Of a stretch of 64,000 nucleotides of DNA, positions 1 through 13,569 are shown in pieces. The position numbers were made by a program, and so were the translations under genes. How positions within the stretch are numbered: position 1 is the first letter of the stretch; the number at the start of each line of letters is the position of its first letter. The DNA lies in contig NIVC01001402.1 in NCBI GenBank assembly GCA_002269645.1, positions 1-64,000 on the forward strand, read 5' to 3'. The stretch comes from Macrostomum lignano (taxonomy: Eukaryota). The notes under the pieces are model-generated. The model was not told the DNA's origin. It made no database searches and saw only the letters and a list, made by a program, of their open reading frames with translations.

Positions 1-62
1 CACTTTTAGCCTCCAACCTGTAGGATCAGTTCAAATTCACAATCCATCATCAGTTTGATCGC

Positions 63-1675
63 ATTTGCTCACTCTCTCGTCCACCTGTCGAGTGTTGCAA
101 CGAAGAATGCTGCGTAGGCGAGCCACCTCAGCTTCTGCTGGTTGTCTGTAGGGTTGAGAGTGATGGAGACGGCGGTGAGACACTGCTGTGCAAGTATGCC
201 AATTCGCTAGCTTAACAAAAACCTACCATTTCCTGGAAACGGGTACGGCCCGCTGCTCTTTTTCACCGCTTTGGCTGAAATGGGAGCGACGGAGCGGAAA
301 TGCTCGGCACGTTTTAACCAGCATCAGAAAACCAGATTGCTGTGGCTACTGACAAACTAGGAGCAGTTTGCACCTACCCTCTTCTGCCTTAGCAGCTGCC
401 GCTGGAGTTCCAGGCTTAGACCGGTACTCAACTCTGCAAAGAGGCAGCAAATCAGTGTAGATTATAAAATTATAAACTTAAAACCAGTTTAGACTCACAT
501 CTGCTGCGGCTGCTGCTGCGGCGGCGGGTACGGCGGGAACATCGGCATGGGGATGTAGATCGGCATCGGCTGCGCCGGCTGCGGCGGGCTCGGAGCTGCT
601 CTGTAGGAGGGAGAATCTCCCAGCGTCTGCTTCATCAGCATCTGGTTGAGTATCATATTGTGCACTTGCGAGTTCTGCATCATCATCATCTCCATCATCT
701 CCGAGAAGCGATCTGCGGTGGCGGAGGCGATGGCGGACAATATAAAATGGTAATCGAGAGGTCAGCGTGGCAAATTCCTGACAGCTCTTTGCCTGCGCTC
801 GGACACGATTTAAAGAAGGCAGAGGCACAGGTGAAACAGGGGAAAGCTTGACGCCTGCACAGCTAATCAATAATTGCATGCAGAATAGAAACGCATAATT
901 GATAAGCAAATCTGTACAGTTGAGATGTAAATTGATGAAGACCGTTGCAGCATCTTGAAAAATTGAAATTTTGACACCCGACAGCTCACCGCCGCGACGC
1001 TCCCGCGGACTCTGCGATCGCCGGGTCGCATGCCCGCTCGAATTTCTCGGCCTGTCGGCCAGCTTCTCGGCCAGCTGCCGCTCCCTCTCCATCTGGTTGC
1101 GCAGGTCGGTGTGGCGCAGTCTGGCCAGCTGGATCTCGGCATCCAGGTCGCCGATTTGGCCGCCGTCCGGGTCTCGGCCTGCCACCTCGCGTACTTATTT
1201 CTGGCGGCCTTCTGCTTCTCCGAGGCCAGCTTCTGGAAGAAGCGAATACACTTTTAAGTGAAAGAATGGACGCCATCTCAAATTATTCAGTTGTTTTGTT
1301 TCAAAGTGCACGAGGCGCTGCTGCTGACCCTGCAGCCCCCCCCAGCCAGTAGCAAGAACAGAAACGACTTATTAACACTTTTTCGACTGCCTACTGGCCA
1401 TGCAGGGCTCCGGATTCGGTCAGCGGTGCGCCCTAGCGCTGAGGCACCCCTGTGATGGCAGTTCCCGTGTTAAGTCGCAATGACAGAGTATTGTGTTACT
1501 TCTCCCGCTGTCTCCCACTGCCAGTCCGTACAAATATCTGTTTGATTCAGAGTCTAAAAGCGCCGCGAACCTCTTGCAGCATCTTCAGACGAGCCTCGGA
1601 CATTCGCCGGTCGACGTCACGAGAGCCGCTGCTTCGACGACTATCGATGCTGTCCCCGCTGCGGGAGCTGGCCAT
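63..1675 (-). CDS. DUF4587 (C21orf58/PRR29-like) coiled-coil and proline-rich protein; multi-exon, probably continues past window start
   Basis: GT-AG exons 1675-1571 (MASSRSGDS...RLKMLQE), 1232-990, 712-499 (DRFSEMMEMMMMQNSQVHNMILNQMLMK, like the ELMLLQNAQVHQL motif I recall for DUF4587), 433-378, 274-227 and a probable exon near 185-70. Phases are consistent only if one G is missing near 1185-1190. Family call is from memory of the motif. Confidence 0.6.
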
Positions 1676-2554
1676 TGCACTGCTGCTGCGATCTCCGAAT
1701 GGAGCAAATCAGCAAAGAAAAAGCTTTGCTCACTGTACAGTTGGTTGTAGGCTTTGAGGCAGACTGAGCTGCGTTGCAATTTTATCCACCCAAAAGGCAG
1801 CTTGGGGTTGAGCGCAAAGTGCCCGCCCGAGTATGAAATGGCCGCCTTGTGCTCACAGTGCTCTCACTGTACAGGTGCGAGTGCAGGCCTCTATAAATAG
1901 CAGGCTTTCAGTAGTGATGGGTCTGTACGGCCACTATGGCAACCGGGGCACTGAGAATGAGATGAGAGAGAAGAGGGCAGAAGATGCTACACAAAAGCTG
2001 AGAACTCGCACTGAGACGGCTGTATTGACTGTGCGAAGCGGTGCGTTAAGTGCCAAAGCCGTTGAGTCGTTGAGTCAATGTCAATTGTGCTTAATTTAAG
2101 TCCAGAGCCTTATTGTAATTAAAACTTTGAGCCAAAATTTTCTGCAGAATTTCTTCAGCTTTAGGCGATCGATGTGCGAAAAAATGAGCAGCTGCTCAAG
2201 TGAATATTCTTAGAGTCACAAGTGCTCATCATGCGGTTACAAGTAAACTTTGAGTACATTCTTAGTGATAGGAGCACGTGCTCCGAAAATTTAGGTCGGA
2301 CAAATACATGACATTCTGTTTTCTCGCAAAAAAAATCTTGATGACTAAAGAGTTCTCGATGTTGCGAAATTTCGACCTTGTGAAATAGTTCGCTCTTCGA
2401 CGTTGTGAAGATTCGAGCTGGCAAAGCACCCCCTAGTAGTCTATGGCCAGAGCCAGTCAAATATATAGCACCATTGCTTAGCGAATTCACCTCAGCTCAT
2501 AGTTTACAACCGAGCGAAGCATTGCAAAATTGTTCAATAATCCAGTCAGCAGCC

Positions 2555-3408
2555 ATGGCGCACGCCGTCCTCAACAAGGACCCCTGGCGGTCGCCCCGTC
2601 TGGTGGTGTGGGACGTCAACGACACAATCGTGATGGGCAACATCGACGACGCTGTAGCGGGGCTGCTGCCCTCCGAACGACGACACGCGCTGAACGCCTC
2701 GCAGAAGAACCTCGGCTGGAGCGGCCCAACCTACATGACTCACGTGATGTCCACGCTGCAGGAGTACCGCATCGGCCGCTGGGCCGTGGAGAGCCTCATC
2801 CGGTCGCTGCCGCTGCACCGCCTCATGGTTGACGCGGTGCGGGAGATGTACCGGAGCGCGTGGTCCAGGTGATCATCTCCAACACCAATGTGGCCTTTCT
2901 GCACACCTTTCTGGAGCACTACGGCCTTTTGGACCACTTCGCGGTGATCTTCGCTAATGAGGCCAACTGGAAGAGCTCCAGCTGCGACAGCTCATTAGAG
3001 GTGATTCCGATGCACCCCTGCAGTGAAAAGGAACTGTCAATCTGTCAGCAGTGCAACTATCAGCAAACCGGAATCTGCTGCCGCACCGCGTTGCGAAACA
3101 TCCTGCAGTACCTCCACCTGCTGGAGGCCCGCATCGCCCTGGTGCAGACCAGCTGGGGCCTTTGCGCCTCGCACTGCCTCAAGCCGACCTCTGACCTCAT
3201 CCTCAGCCGCGTGGGCAACCGGACGACTCGGCAGCGCGCCGACCCAGCCGCCGGTGCAGAACACGCCGGAGAGGCGGACGCGACCATCGTGCCGCCCCAG
3301 GTGAAGTACCAGCACGGCGAGGACCTCATCAACATCCTGCGGCAGCCCGTCACCGAGGCTTCGCGAGCCAACACTGGTGAGTTGCAGGCAGCCTTGCGGG
3401 TAAAGTAG
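2555..3408 (+). CDS. PHOSPHO1/PHOSPHO2-like HAD-family phosphatase with degenerate catalytic motifs and one frameshift at ~2860
   Basis: ORFs 2405-2872 and 2860-3408 join (one missing G) into LVVWDVNDTIV...TYMTHVM...VIISNTN...FAVIFANEA...HGEDLINIL, matching the family layout. Possible donor at 3377 and terminal exon 3949-4202 followed by AATAAA at ~4202. Confidence 0.7.
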
Positions 3409-3439
3409 GGCTTGGATAGCTGAGCGAGCTCGCGGAGAT

Positions 3440-3925
3440 GGCGAAGAGGGCTAGCAGCCAGTGAGACGTGATGGAAATGATGGAGTGGAGGGCTAGCAGC
3501 CAGTGAGACATGCGATGGAGATGGTGGAGCTGAGGGCCTAGCAGCCAGTGAGACGTGATGGAATGGAGTGAGGCTAGCAGCCAGTGAGACGTGATGGAAA
3601 TGGAGTGGAGGGCTAGCAGCCAGTGAGACGTGCTGGAAATGGAGTGGAGGGCTAGCAGCCAGTGAGACGTGATGGAAATGGTGGAGTGGAGGGCTAGCAG
3701 CAGTGAGACGTGATGGAAATGGTGGAGTAGAGGGCTAGCAGTCAGTGAGACGTGATGGAAATGGAGTGGAGGGCTAGCAGCCAGTGAGACGTGATGGAAA
3801 TGGAGTGGAGGGCTAGCAGCCAGTGAGACGTGATGGAAATGGTGGAGCTGAGGGCTAGCAGCCAGTGAGACGTGATGGAAATGGTGGAGTAGAGGGCTAG
3901 CAGTCAGTGAGACATGTGATGGAGA
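3440..3925. repeat. Tandem array, 39-42 bp unit (gggctagcagccagtgagacgtgatggaaatggagtgga)
   Basis: Directly visible; explains spurious ORF 3350-3931. Confidence 0.95.
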
Positions 3926-5683
3926 CGGCATGCTTCTAGCTGTTACAGAAATTGGTTCTCACTGTTGCAACCCAGCAATGAGTGCTCCGACGCCGTCAAG
4001 TTGCCATGCAGCCCACAACCGAATCCCGCAGGCTTGCTGCCCACAGAGCAGCGGGAACTGGAAAGCTTCCTGCAGAGCGCCACGCACTACTTTGACGATA
4101 CTCGGATTTGCAACACAACGGATAAACGAATTTGCCGCAAGTATCCCCACTGAGTGCTGGGACAGCCATTTCGTAATGCTAATCTGTAATGTCTTTTATT
4201 AAATAAAATTATTAATGTGTTCCTAAGACGTTTTGATACATTCTTGATCCTTTTTTCGAAATTTCAAATCGTAGGTCTCGCATGTAATGCTGCTTATTAA
4301 ATTCACCAAGACATGCAGTTTATGGTTGCTTGATCAGCCTATATTTCTTAATCAAATATTTAAGCAGGAATTTTCCTATGACCTGTGTCGTGATCTCAAT
4401 AAAATTCTCGAACTCTGTTGCGGTCCAGTTTAGTAGCAGCAGAATTAGTTTAGAAACCCCTACTAGAAGAGACGGGTCCTTCTCCAAGTACCTGCTCAAA
4501 CCATTAGTTGGTTATCTGATGTACTTTTTTAAATCTCGCAATGCAACTATATTCAGACTACTGCCAGTAGAAACTGTCGCTTATATAACCTCTACGCACA
4601 GATACTAGAATTACTAAATAGGCCACTCAGCACATTTGCGTGTAAGCTACTTTCGGTTCAGTAGCAAGTTAAACAGATGCATTTTTATGTATTTTTCAAG
4701 CCAAGGCTCATTTATTGCCTCTTACCCTCAGCTGAAACCCCCTCCAACCGCGCCTTTCTACCCTACCCCCCCCCCCCGCACCCAAATTTTTATTGCCCTT
4801 ATCGGAATTCCAGGCTAAAGCGGACATGTACATTTCAGTGGACTGGCTAATGTACATTACTTCTGAACCAATTAGAGCAAGTTGTTTACGCCTGCAAGCT
4901 TGGACAATTTATCAAAGTCATTTCAGCTGCCTTTATTTTTATAAAATAGCTTATGTATTCTTCTTTGCTACTGAGCTGAAAGTAACAAGCTGTTTTACTA
5001 AGTATATGTGCCTGAGTGGCTCATCTAGTTATTCTAGTATCTGTGACTCTACGCTTGGATTGAATAAAAGTAGCGAGAATGGCGGGACAAAAATAGCAAT
5101 TAATCGGACGGCTGCAACGGCAACCCGCCGAGGACAAGAGGGACGCTCAGTTTAGGGAGCGCAGTTTATTCAGTTCAACATCCAGTTGAAAACGGACTCG
5201 GTCATTGGGCTTCTGCAGCCTGAATGACTGCGGTGAGGCTGCAGCTCAGTCGGACTAAAAACACATTAATCAGAGCTAAAAACAGTGAAGCATGCAGACG
5301 CGGTGGCAGGTTTCAGCTCAAGTTGCCATAGAAACCAAGCGAGCCAACGGGAGAGATGGGGTCGAATCCATGAAGTCGGGCAATGCAGGAGCAGATATTA
5401 ATATAAAGGCCAGCAAGTAAACGCAGCAGGAATTACACGCTATAAAAATAAGTCAGACGCGCATGACGCGACTGCAGCGAATGGCCGAACTGCATCCGCA
5501 ACTGCAGAGTACACGGGGGATGGTCATAAAAATACAGTGCTAAATTGTAATTCTCCCAGGTACAAAAAAGGTCAATGCAGTTAGTTTTTAACTATGTACA
5601 CAGCAACTATGAACACGCGTATAGCCTGACAAAACAAACTGATAGCGAGTAATTAGTCTGTAGCACTGGCGATGCTGGCTGCC

Positions 5684-8283
5684 TCAGTCGCTGGAGGAGA
5701 CCACCTGGCTGCGCCGGATCTCGTGCTTCTTGGCCCTGGCCAGCTTGTCCACGTAGGTGCTCACGAACTCCCGAGTCTTGTCCGGCTGCACGTCCTGCGC
5801 GTTGCTGCGCGAGATCTGCAAGATAAGTGAGTGAGTGAGTGAGTGGTGAGTGAGTGAGTGAGTGAGTGAGTGGGTGAGTGAGTGAGTGAATAAGTGAGTG
5901 AGTGGGTGAGTAAGTGAGTGAACGAATGAGTGAGTGAGTGACGAAATGAATGAGTGAATGAGTGAGTGAATTACGGGGTGGGAGAGTCATAGGAGATGGT
6001 CGTAGAGTTGGTTGGAGTTCGATTAAGCTGTCTTTGGTTACGAGCGTAATGACGACATTTTTCGCAATGAGGAATGTTTAAATAAAATTCCGCCGCGTGA
6101 GCTGTTACTTTCAGTAACTGATCTCGGAATGAATTCATAAAGTAACCGAAACAGGCAAATGAAATGACTGGAGATCCGAAATGGAAAACTCAGAGTCGCA
6201 CCTTTGTCACGGCCTTCTTAAGAATCTCTTTATAGTCGTTCTTGTCAATCTGCCTGGCCGTGTACAGCGGCCGCAGCGTCAGCTTGACCTCGGCGGCGAT
6301 TCGCTCCTGCCAGTCGGCCTTGTTGGCGAACTGGTCGCGCCGCGTCTTCGCTAGCAGCGCCGCCAGCTTCGGGTCCGACGGGTCCGCCGCTGCCATGCGG
6401 TCAGCGGCACCGCCGCGAGGCTGCCGGGCCGCCTTGGAGCCGCCGCCGGGTTTGCCGCCAGCCGCGTGCCCTGTGGGTTGGCCGCTGCGCTTGGCCTGCA
6501 TCTGCTCGGGCGTGGGCATCGGTGGCAGATTGAAGCGAACCGGCTCAGCTGGGGGCGGAGGCTGCGGGGCCTCCAGCTGGGGCATCGCCTGCTTCGGCGG
6601 GGACGGCTGCTGCTGCGGGGGAGGCGGCGGCGGTGGCGGCTGCTGCTTCTTGAGAATGTTGCTGAGAATGTTGGAAGCCGTTGAGGACAGCAGCTGCTGG
6701 ATGTGCTGGATGGAGGAGTCCTGGCTCGCCGGCTGCTGTTGCTGCTGCTTGTCGGAGGCGCTGGAGGCCGCGGCGGAAGTGGTCGGCGTAGGGATGCCGG
6801 CCTGCATGGCAAGCGTGTCCATCAGGCTCGACGGGAACTGCGACGGCGGCGGCGGCGGTGGAGGACGTTGCTGCTGCTGAGACGAATGCGGCGGCGGGGC
6901 GGCGGCGGCGGGGCGGCGGCGGCGGCCGTTGCTGCTGCTGAGACGAATGCGGCGGAGGGGGCGGCGGCGGGGGCTGGTGGTGCGGCATGCCAGGAGGCGG
7001 GGTGGAGAAGCGGGACGGCATGCCCGGCAGGTGGTGCAGCGGCGGCGGCGGCTGGCCGGGCCGAAATGCGGCAAAGTTAGGAACGCCGAACTGCGAGTGC
7101 GGAGGCGGTGGCCGGGAGGGCGGCATCCCCGACTGCGACATCGGCGGCATGGGCGGCGGCGGGTTCTGGAAGCCGGCAACGGGCCCGGATTGCAGCAGCA
7201 TCGGCGGCCGAACCCCGAACCCGAGAGCGCCGCTGAATCCGGGGGGCACTGAAGTCACCGGAGTCGGCGCAGTAGACGGTGGCGGGGGCGGCTGCTGCTG
7301 AGTCCGCGGCGGACCTCGGGCCGCCATGTCGGCCTCCCGGAGAAGCTGGGCAGCGATTTCAGCGGACGGCTCGAGGCCGTTGTGGATGACACGGCCGCGG
7401 GACGCTTCTGGCGACCACCGTCTGTGGCGGCCGCTCCGCTCGTCCCGAACCGGCGTCCGCTCGCGATCGTCCGCCTGCGGCTGCTTGGCCGGCGTCCCCG
7501 AGCGGGACTTGGAGCGGGAATGCCGCCTGCGGCTGCGGCGGTGCCGGTCCCCGTCTCTGTCCCGATCTCTGATTTGGTCCCGGTCCCGAGACCTGTCCTT
7601 GGACTTGTCCCGGGATCGATCCTCGCGGACGGCGGGACTCCGCGACCTCGGAGGCGACCTGTTGCGCCGCCGGCCGCTACTGCGATGCTTCGAGTGCGAT
7701 CTGGAGTGCCGGCGATGCTGGTGGCGCCGATCTTTGGCGCTATCAGGCGCGCCGGCGTCGGCGCCGTTGTTTACAGCGGAGGCGTCGGCCTCCCCATCCG
7801 CATTGGAGGCTGTGGCGGTGCCATATTTTTCCTTGTCGTCAGCAGCATCCCGAGACGAGCGGCGCCGATCGCGCGAGCGCCTGCGCCGTTGTTGGCGGCG
7901 CCTGTCGGAGTCGCCTTCGGCGTCGGCGGCATCTCGGCGATCGCGCCGCCGACTGCCGCCGCGACTGCCCCTGGAGCGCGAGCGGGACCGACGATGGTGA
8001 CGACTTCCGCTGCGGTGACGGCGCCGTTTGCGACTGTCGCCCCCGCCGCCGCCGCCTCCGTCGCTGGCGTTCGCGGCTCCCACAGCGTCTGGGTCGGCCG
8101 GCTTCTGCTCGCTTGGTTTTGCAGCGATGGCCGGGTCGGCCTGCGGCGATGCGCCATCGGGCTGGGGCTGCTGCTGGAGATCCGCCACTTCCTGCGCCAA
8201 CTGGGACGCCTTCGCCGGCTCCCAGCCTCCTCCGCCACTTCATCAGTGGGGTGACTGGGGCTGTAGTCAGAGGACTCGTTGGC
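5684..8283 (-). CDS. PHRF1/SCAF11/SCAF1-like RS-rich protein with C-terminal SRI (Rpb1-CTD-interacting) domain; 5' exons not located
   Basis: Exons 8283-6202 and 5815-5684. C-terminus QERIAAEVKLTLRPLYTARQIDKNDYKEILKKAVTK|ISRSNAQDVQPDKTREFVSTYVDKL matches the family SRI domain. It also has RS/RD dipeptide tracts and a YSPSHPT motif. Needs frame corrections at ~8222 (CCC run) and ~6880-6960 (GC runs). Confidence 0.85.
5824..5975. repeat. (GTGA)n microsatellite in the last intron of the PHRF1-like gene
   Basis: Visible. Confidence 0.9.
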
Positions 8284-8299
8284 CTGCAAGTGCAAATAA

Positions 8300-10310
8300 A
8301 TTTTTGCATAAACTGTTAATGAAAGGTGTGGAGCATTTCAGATCTATTCAAAATTTACAGATTTAAAAGTCAGAAGCAGTCTTCTTATAAAACTTTTTTT
8401 GGCAGATGAAGATTTTTAATTGCAATTTTTCAAGCAATAAAAAACTTATTATTGCTACTCTTTTGAGATTTATTATCAATAATGAATACAATGGTGAATA
8501 TAGGTGTTTGTCAATTAAGGCTCAAAGTGATGCTCATATGAAGCAAAAAATATTTTAGTTCATTAAAGTTCATAAGTAAGTTGTTACATTTGCATGATTA
8601 TTATTGTAAACAAAGAGATTAATTAGGCACTTATATAGGTTATATTGTATTTGTAATGCTGTAATTTCTTACAAGACATACTTTTGTTCTTTCCTTGCAT
8701 CTTTGGACTCTTTGGCATAGTTACTAGTGTTAAATATGAATTCTTTATTGGCAAAACAATTATCAATGTAACTTTTTTAAGTTGCTAATGCAAGAAAGCT
8801 CAATGGCAGTTTTATTAATGTTAATGAAAAATAGAGGTCCAGAAGACAGGATTGAAGTTATTAGGCAGGATGATAATTGGGATTTTTTTCTTAGGTTTGG
8901 GATTGGGATCAGGATTTGGGAATCAGGATCAGGTTTTTTAGTGTATCATAGTCCATAGGTCTATATTAAGTTATAGAGAAGAGATGTACAATTAGATATA
9001 GACAAAAATATTAGCTACGAGTATTAAAGTAGATAGGCATAGCTAGACCTACATAACAAATACAAGTTAAAACAAAATGCATTCAATTACTCACTAATTC
9101 TACAAATCTTGAATCAAAATACTTATTTTTGATTCCTAATAAATCAATTTTTAAAGATTGAATTTTTTCCTTATTTTGTAATTAAGGATTTTTTTGGAAT
9201 CTATTTAATTTTTTTGGTTTTTTTATTTTTGTTTGTTAAACCCACAATTTTTATTGGATTCTGAGAATTTTATATTTGTAGGGTTAGGATCTAAACTTGT
9301 GGGAAATTAATTTTCCTTGGGATCCCAAGACTTTTAGATTAGGATCTTGTCTAATCTCTATTAAAAATCTTAATACTTATTAATGCTTACTAATAGGTTA
9401 ATGTTTTTAATAGACTAGTGCCCAACACTGATTAGGCTATAAAAATACTATAAATTTAAATAAGCAAAATATCTAAATTAAAGTGTTTTGGATTTTGATG
9501 TAGCTAAATAGCTTAAAAGCATGTTCAAAATTTTTAAGTTCTATTCAATACTATAGCTATAGAGGCTATAAGGGGCCTGTAAGAAATTGTTAATATAAAT
9601 GTTTTTTAGATAGACTATAATCTATATAGATATGCCTACGGATATTGCTATTAAGAATATATATTTTTATAATGAAATAATATTGGATTGGATAGACTGA
9701 TTCAATAAATTAAAGGACTTAAAGGCCTTTGATTTCATAGGTAAAAGGTAAAGCAGTAGAAATAAATGAATGCTACCAATAGTATTAAACTGTTACATCT
9801 CCATATTTCCATAGTTCTAGCTATACTGAACCTATCATGCCATCTCTATAGCTGCAAGATTATTTTGTTATAGATGGTCAAATCTCCATATTCCAAATAT
9901 TTAATTAACAAAATTGTCATTAGGCCCTAAATGGCATCTGCATAAACAATATTGATTAAATATTTATTGTACTATATTTCAATATTTTGTTAATCAAAAC
10001 TAATATTTTTGCATCAACTTTTTAGATAAGCACAGAATGCCTTAGTGAGGATATCTTGTGCTTTAGTAAGGAATTTATACTTATATTAGGCCTATTATGA
10101 GAATTTATATAAGGTGCTCCAAATATATAATAGCTGTAATTGTATAAGAACACTAGTTCCCAGTTTTAAAGCTTTTTGACAAAAGCTTTTTTAAGTCCCT
10201 GGGGCTATAGACTTAAGACCTTGCCTAGGGTATCTATACTTTTGAAAAAATAGGATCATATGACTAAAGAAATCAATACTAGAATAGATTTGTTACATTT
10301 TATAATTTCA
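8300..10310. mobile_element. AT-rich, CpG-free decayed insertion; probably a dead TE coding region, family unidentified
   Basis: Only 2 CpG found by eye in 8281-10320 (near 9017 and 9639). TpA is very frequent. The minus strand gives protein-like text broken mostly by TAA/TAG stops. Confidence 0.45.
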
Positions 10311-10899
10311 ATCCTATATACTAAAAATGAAATGTGTGTCTCTGTGAGATAGATTTCAGAAAAAACGGCTTAACCGATTTTCTTCAAACTTGCACCATTC
10401 GATCAGAAATTTTCCTGGGACGGTACATGCATCTTGGCTAAGAAATTGCTCAATTTTAAAGGGATTAAATATTCGAAAAACATGCTTGTTTGCAAAGGTC
10501 AAGCAGCTCTTTCGACCTGAAATGCATTGTAAGAATGCTAGAGAAAAAACTGACTGACTGAATTCTGATTCTGACAAAGATTGCATCACAACAAGTTGAA
10601 AACAGTGCCGAAGAAATGCACACACGACTTGAATGAAATTGCGTAACCATATTGGCAACTTAAATTGAGACTGATTCTGGCTGACTGAGAAATTGATTAT
10701 GTCATAACTTTTTACTCCAATTGACTTGCTGTAAGAATTGAATTATAAAGGCCACAATTTATGTTCTCCAATTGAAAAAGATAGCCCAGATGCGAACAGA
10801 CTGGAATGCTAATGTAGCGACTTGGGTTCGAATCTTAGTAGGGCAAAAAAGATTTTTTTTATTAAAACACCTTAAAAACACAAAACTTCTAAACATAAA

Positions 10900-13520
10900 A
10901 GAAGCGCAATGTCAAACATAGAAGAGCCACCATGTCGAACATAAAAGAGCTAACATATCGAATATTAAAGAGCCACCATGTCAAACCTAAACGAGCCACC
11001 ATGTCTAATATTTAAGAGGCACCATATAAAACATATAAGTGACTTTATGTCAAACATAAAAGAGCCACCATTTCTAACATTAAACAGCCACCATTTCGAA
11101 CATTAAAGAGCCACCATGTCGAAAATAAAAGAGTCACTATTTCGAACATCAAAGAGCCACTATGTCAAACATTTAGGAGCCACTTTTTCGAACATTAAAG
11201 AGCCACCATGTCAAACATAAAAGAGCCAACATGTCAAACATAAAAGAGCCAACATGTCAAACATAAAGAGCCACCATGTCAAACATTTAAGAGCCACCAT
11301 GTCAAACATATATGTGACTTTGTGTTAAACATTAAAGAGCCACCATTTCGAACATTAAAGAGCCACCATGTCAAACATGAAAGAGCTATAACATGAAGAA
11401 TATTAAAGAGCCACCATGTCGAACATAAAAGAGCTGCCATGTAAAATAACAAAGAGCTACCAAGTTAAACATAAAAGAGCCACCATGTAAAACATTAAAG
11501 AGCCACCATGTGAAACATTAAAGAGCCACATTGTCAAACCTAGAAGAGCCACCATGTCGAACATAACAGAGCTACCATGTCAAACATTAAAGAGCCACCA
11601 TGTCAAACATTCAAAAGCCACATTGTCAAACATTGAAGAGCCACTATGTCAAACATTTAGGAGCCACTTTGTCGAACATTAAAGAGCCAACATGTCAGAC
11701 ATTAAAAAAGCCACCGTATCAAATAAAAAGAGTTAACATGTAGAACAAAAAAGAGCCACCATTTCGAACATAAAAGAGCCAACATGTCAAACATAAAGAG
11801 CCACCATGTCAAACATTTAAGAGCCACCATGTCAAACATATATGTGACTTTATGTCAAACATTAAAGAGCCACCATTTCGGACATAACAGAGCTACCATG
11901 TAAAACATTAAAGAGCCACCATGTCAAACATTAAAGAGCCACCATGTCGAACATTAAAGAGCCACCATGTCAAACCTAAAAGAGCCACCATGTCGAAAAT
12001 AAAAGAGCCACTATTTCGAACATTAAAGAGCCACCATTTCGAACATTAAAGAGCCACCATGTCGACCATAAAAGAGCCACTATTTCGAACATTAAATATC
12101 CACCATGTCAAACATAAAAGAGCCAACATGTCAAACATAAAAGAGCCAACATGTAAAACATAAAGAGCCACCATGTCGAAAATGAAAGAGCCACTATTTC
12201 GAACATTAAAGAGCCACCATTTCGAACATTAAAGAGCCACCATGTCGACCATAAAAGAGCCACCATGTCAAACATGAAAGAGCTATAACATGAAGAATAT
12301 TAAAGAGCCACCATGTCGAACATTAAAGAGCCACCATGTCGAACATTTAAGAGCCACCATGTTAAACCTAAAAGAGCCACCATGTTAAACCTAAAAGAGC
12401 CACCATGTTAAACCTAAAAGAGCCACCATGTTAAACCTAAAAGAGCCACCATGTCAAACCTAAAAGAGCCACCATTTCGAACATATAAGTGACTTTATGT
12501 CAAACATTAAAGAGCCACCATGTCAAACATTAAAGAGCCACCATGTAAAACAAAAGAGCCACCATTTCGAACATTAAAGAGCCACCATGTCAAACATTTA
12601 AGAGCTACCATGTTAAACATAAAAGAGCCACTATGTTGAACATTAAACAGCCATCATGTCAAACCTAAAAGATCCACAATTTCGAACACTTAAGAGCCAC
12701 AATGTAGAATATTAAAGAGCTACCATGTCAAACATTTAAGAGCCACCATGTCAAACATTTAAGAGCCACCACGTAAAACATTAAAGAGCCACCATTTGAA
12801 ACATTAAAGAGTCACCATGTCAAACATTTAAGAGCCACCATGTCAAACATTTAAGAGCCACCATGTCAAACCTAAAAGAGCCACCATGTCAAACCTAAAA
12901 GAGCCACCATGTCGAACATAAAAGAGCCACCATGTCAAACCTAAAAGAGCCACCATGTCGAACATAAAAGAGCTATACCATGAAAAAAATTAAAGAGCCA
13001 CTATCTCGAACATTAAAGAGCCACCATGTCAAACATTTAAGAGCCACCATGTCAAACATTTAAGAGCCACCATGTCAAACCTAAAAGAGCCACCATGTCA
13101 AACCTAAAAGAGCCACCATGTCAAACCTAAAAGAGCCACCATGTCGAACATAAAAGAGCTATACCATGAAAAACATTAAAGAGCCACTTTCTCGAACATT
13201 AAGGAGCCACCATGTCAAACATTTAAAAGCCACCTTGTCAAACATTAAATAGCCACTTTGTCGAACATTAAAGAGTCACTGTGTCAAACATAAAAGAGCC
13301 ACTGTTTCAAACATAAAAGAGCCACCAGGTTAAACATTAAAGAGCCACCATGTCAAACAATAAAGAGGCACCATGTCAAACATAAAAGAGCCACCATGTC
13401 TGACATTAAAAAGCCATCGTTTCAAACATAAAACAGTTGCCATGTAGAACTTAAAACAGCCACCATGTCAAACATAAAATTTACACAATTTCAAACATAA
13501 AAGTAAGCGAATTTTAAAGG
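10900..13520. repeat. ~21-22 bp satellite (aaagagccaccatgtcraacat) inside the Helitron
   Basis: More than 100 diverged copies visible. Confidence 0.95.
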
Positions 13521-13569
13521 AGCCACTATAATGCTAAGGAAATTATCGCACTAGCTACTTATTGTCTGG

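Noticed and set aside
7326-8366. Plus-strand ORFs opposite GC-rich exons (also in the tubulin, GLUT, TRPC and Gypsy regions)
   Set aside because: Antisense shadows of high-GC coding sequence with no recognisable domains
10900-13520. CRISPR-like array
   Set aside because: Contiguous satellite units with no unique spacers and no cas genes; eukaryotic context. The same applies to all other arrays.
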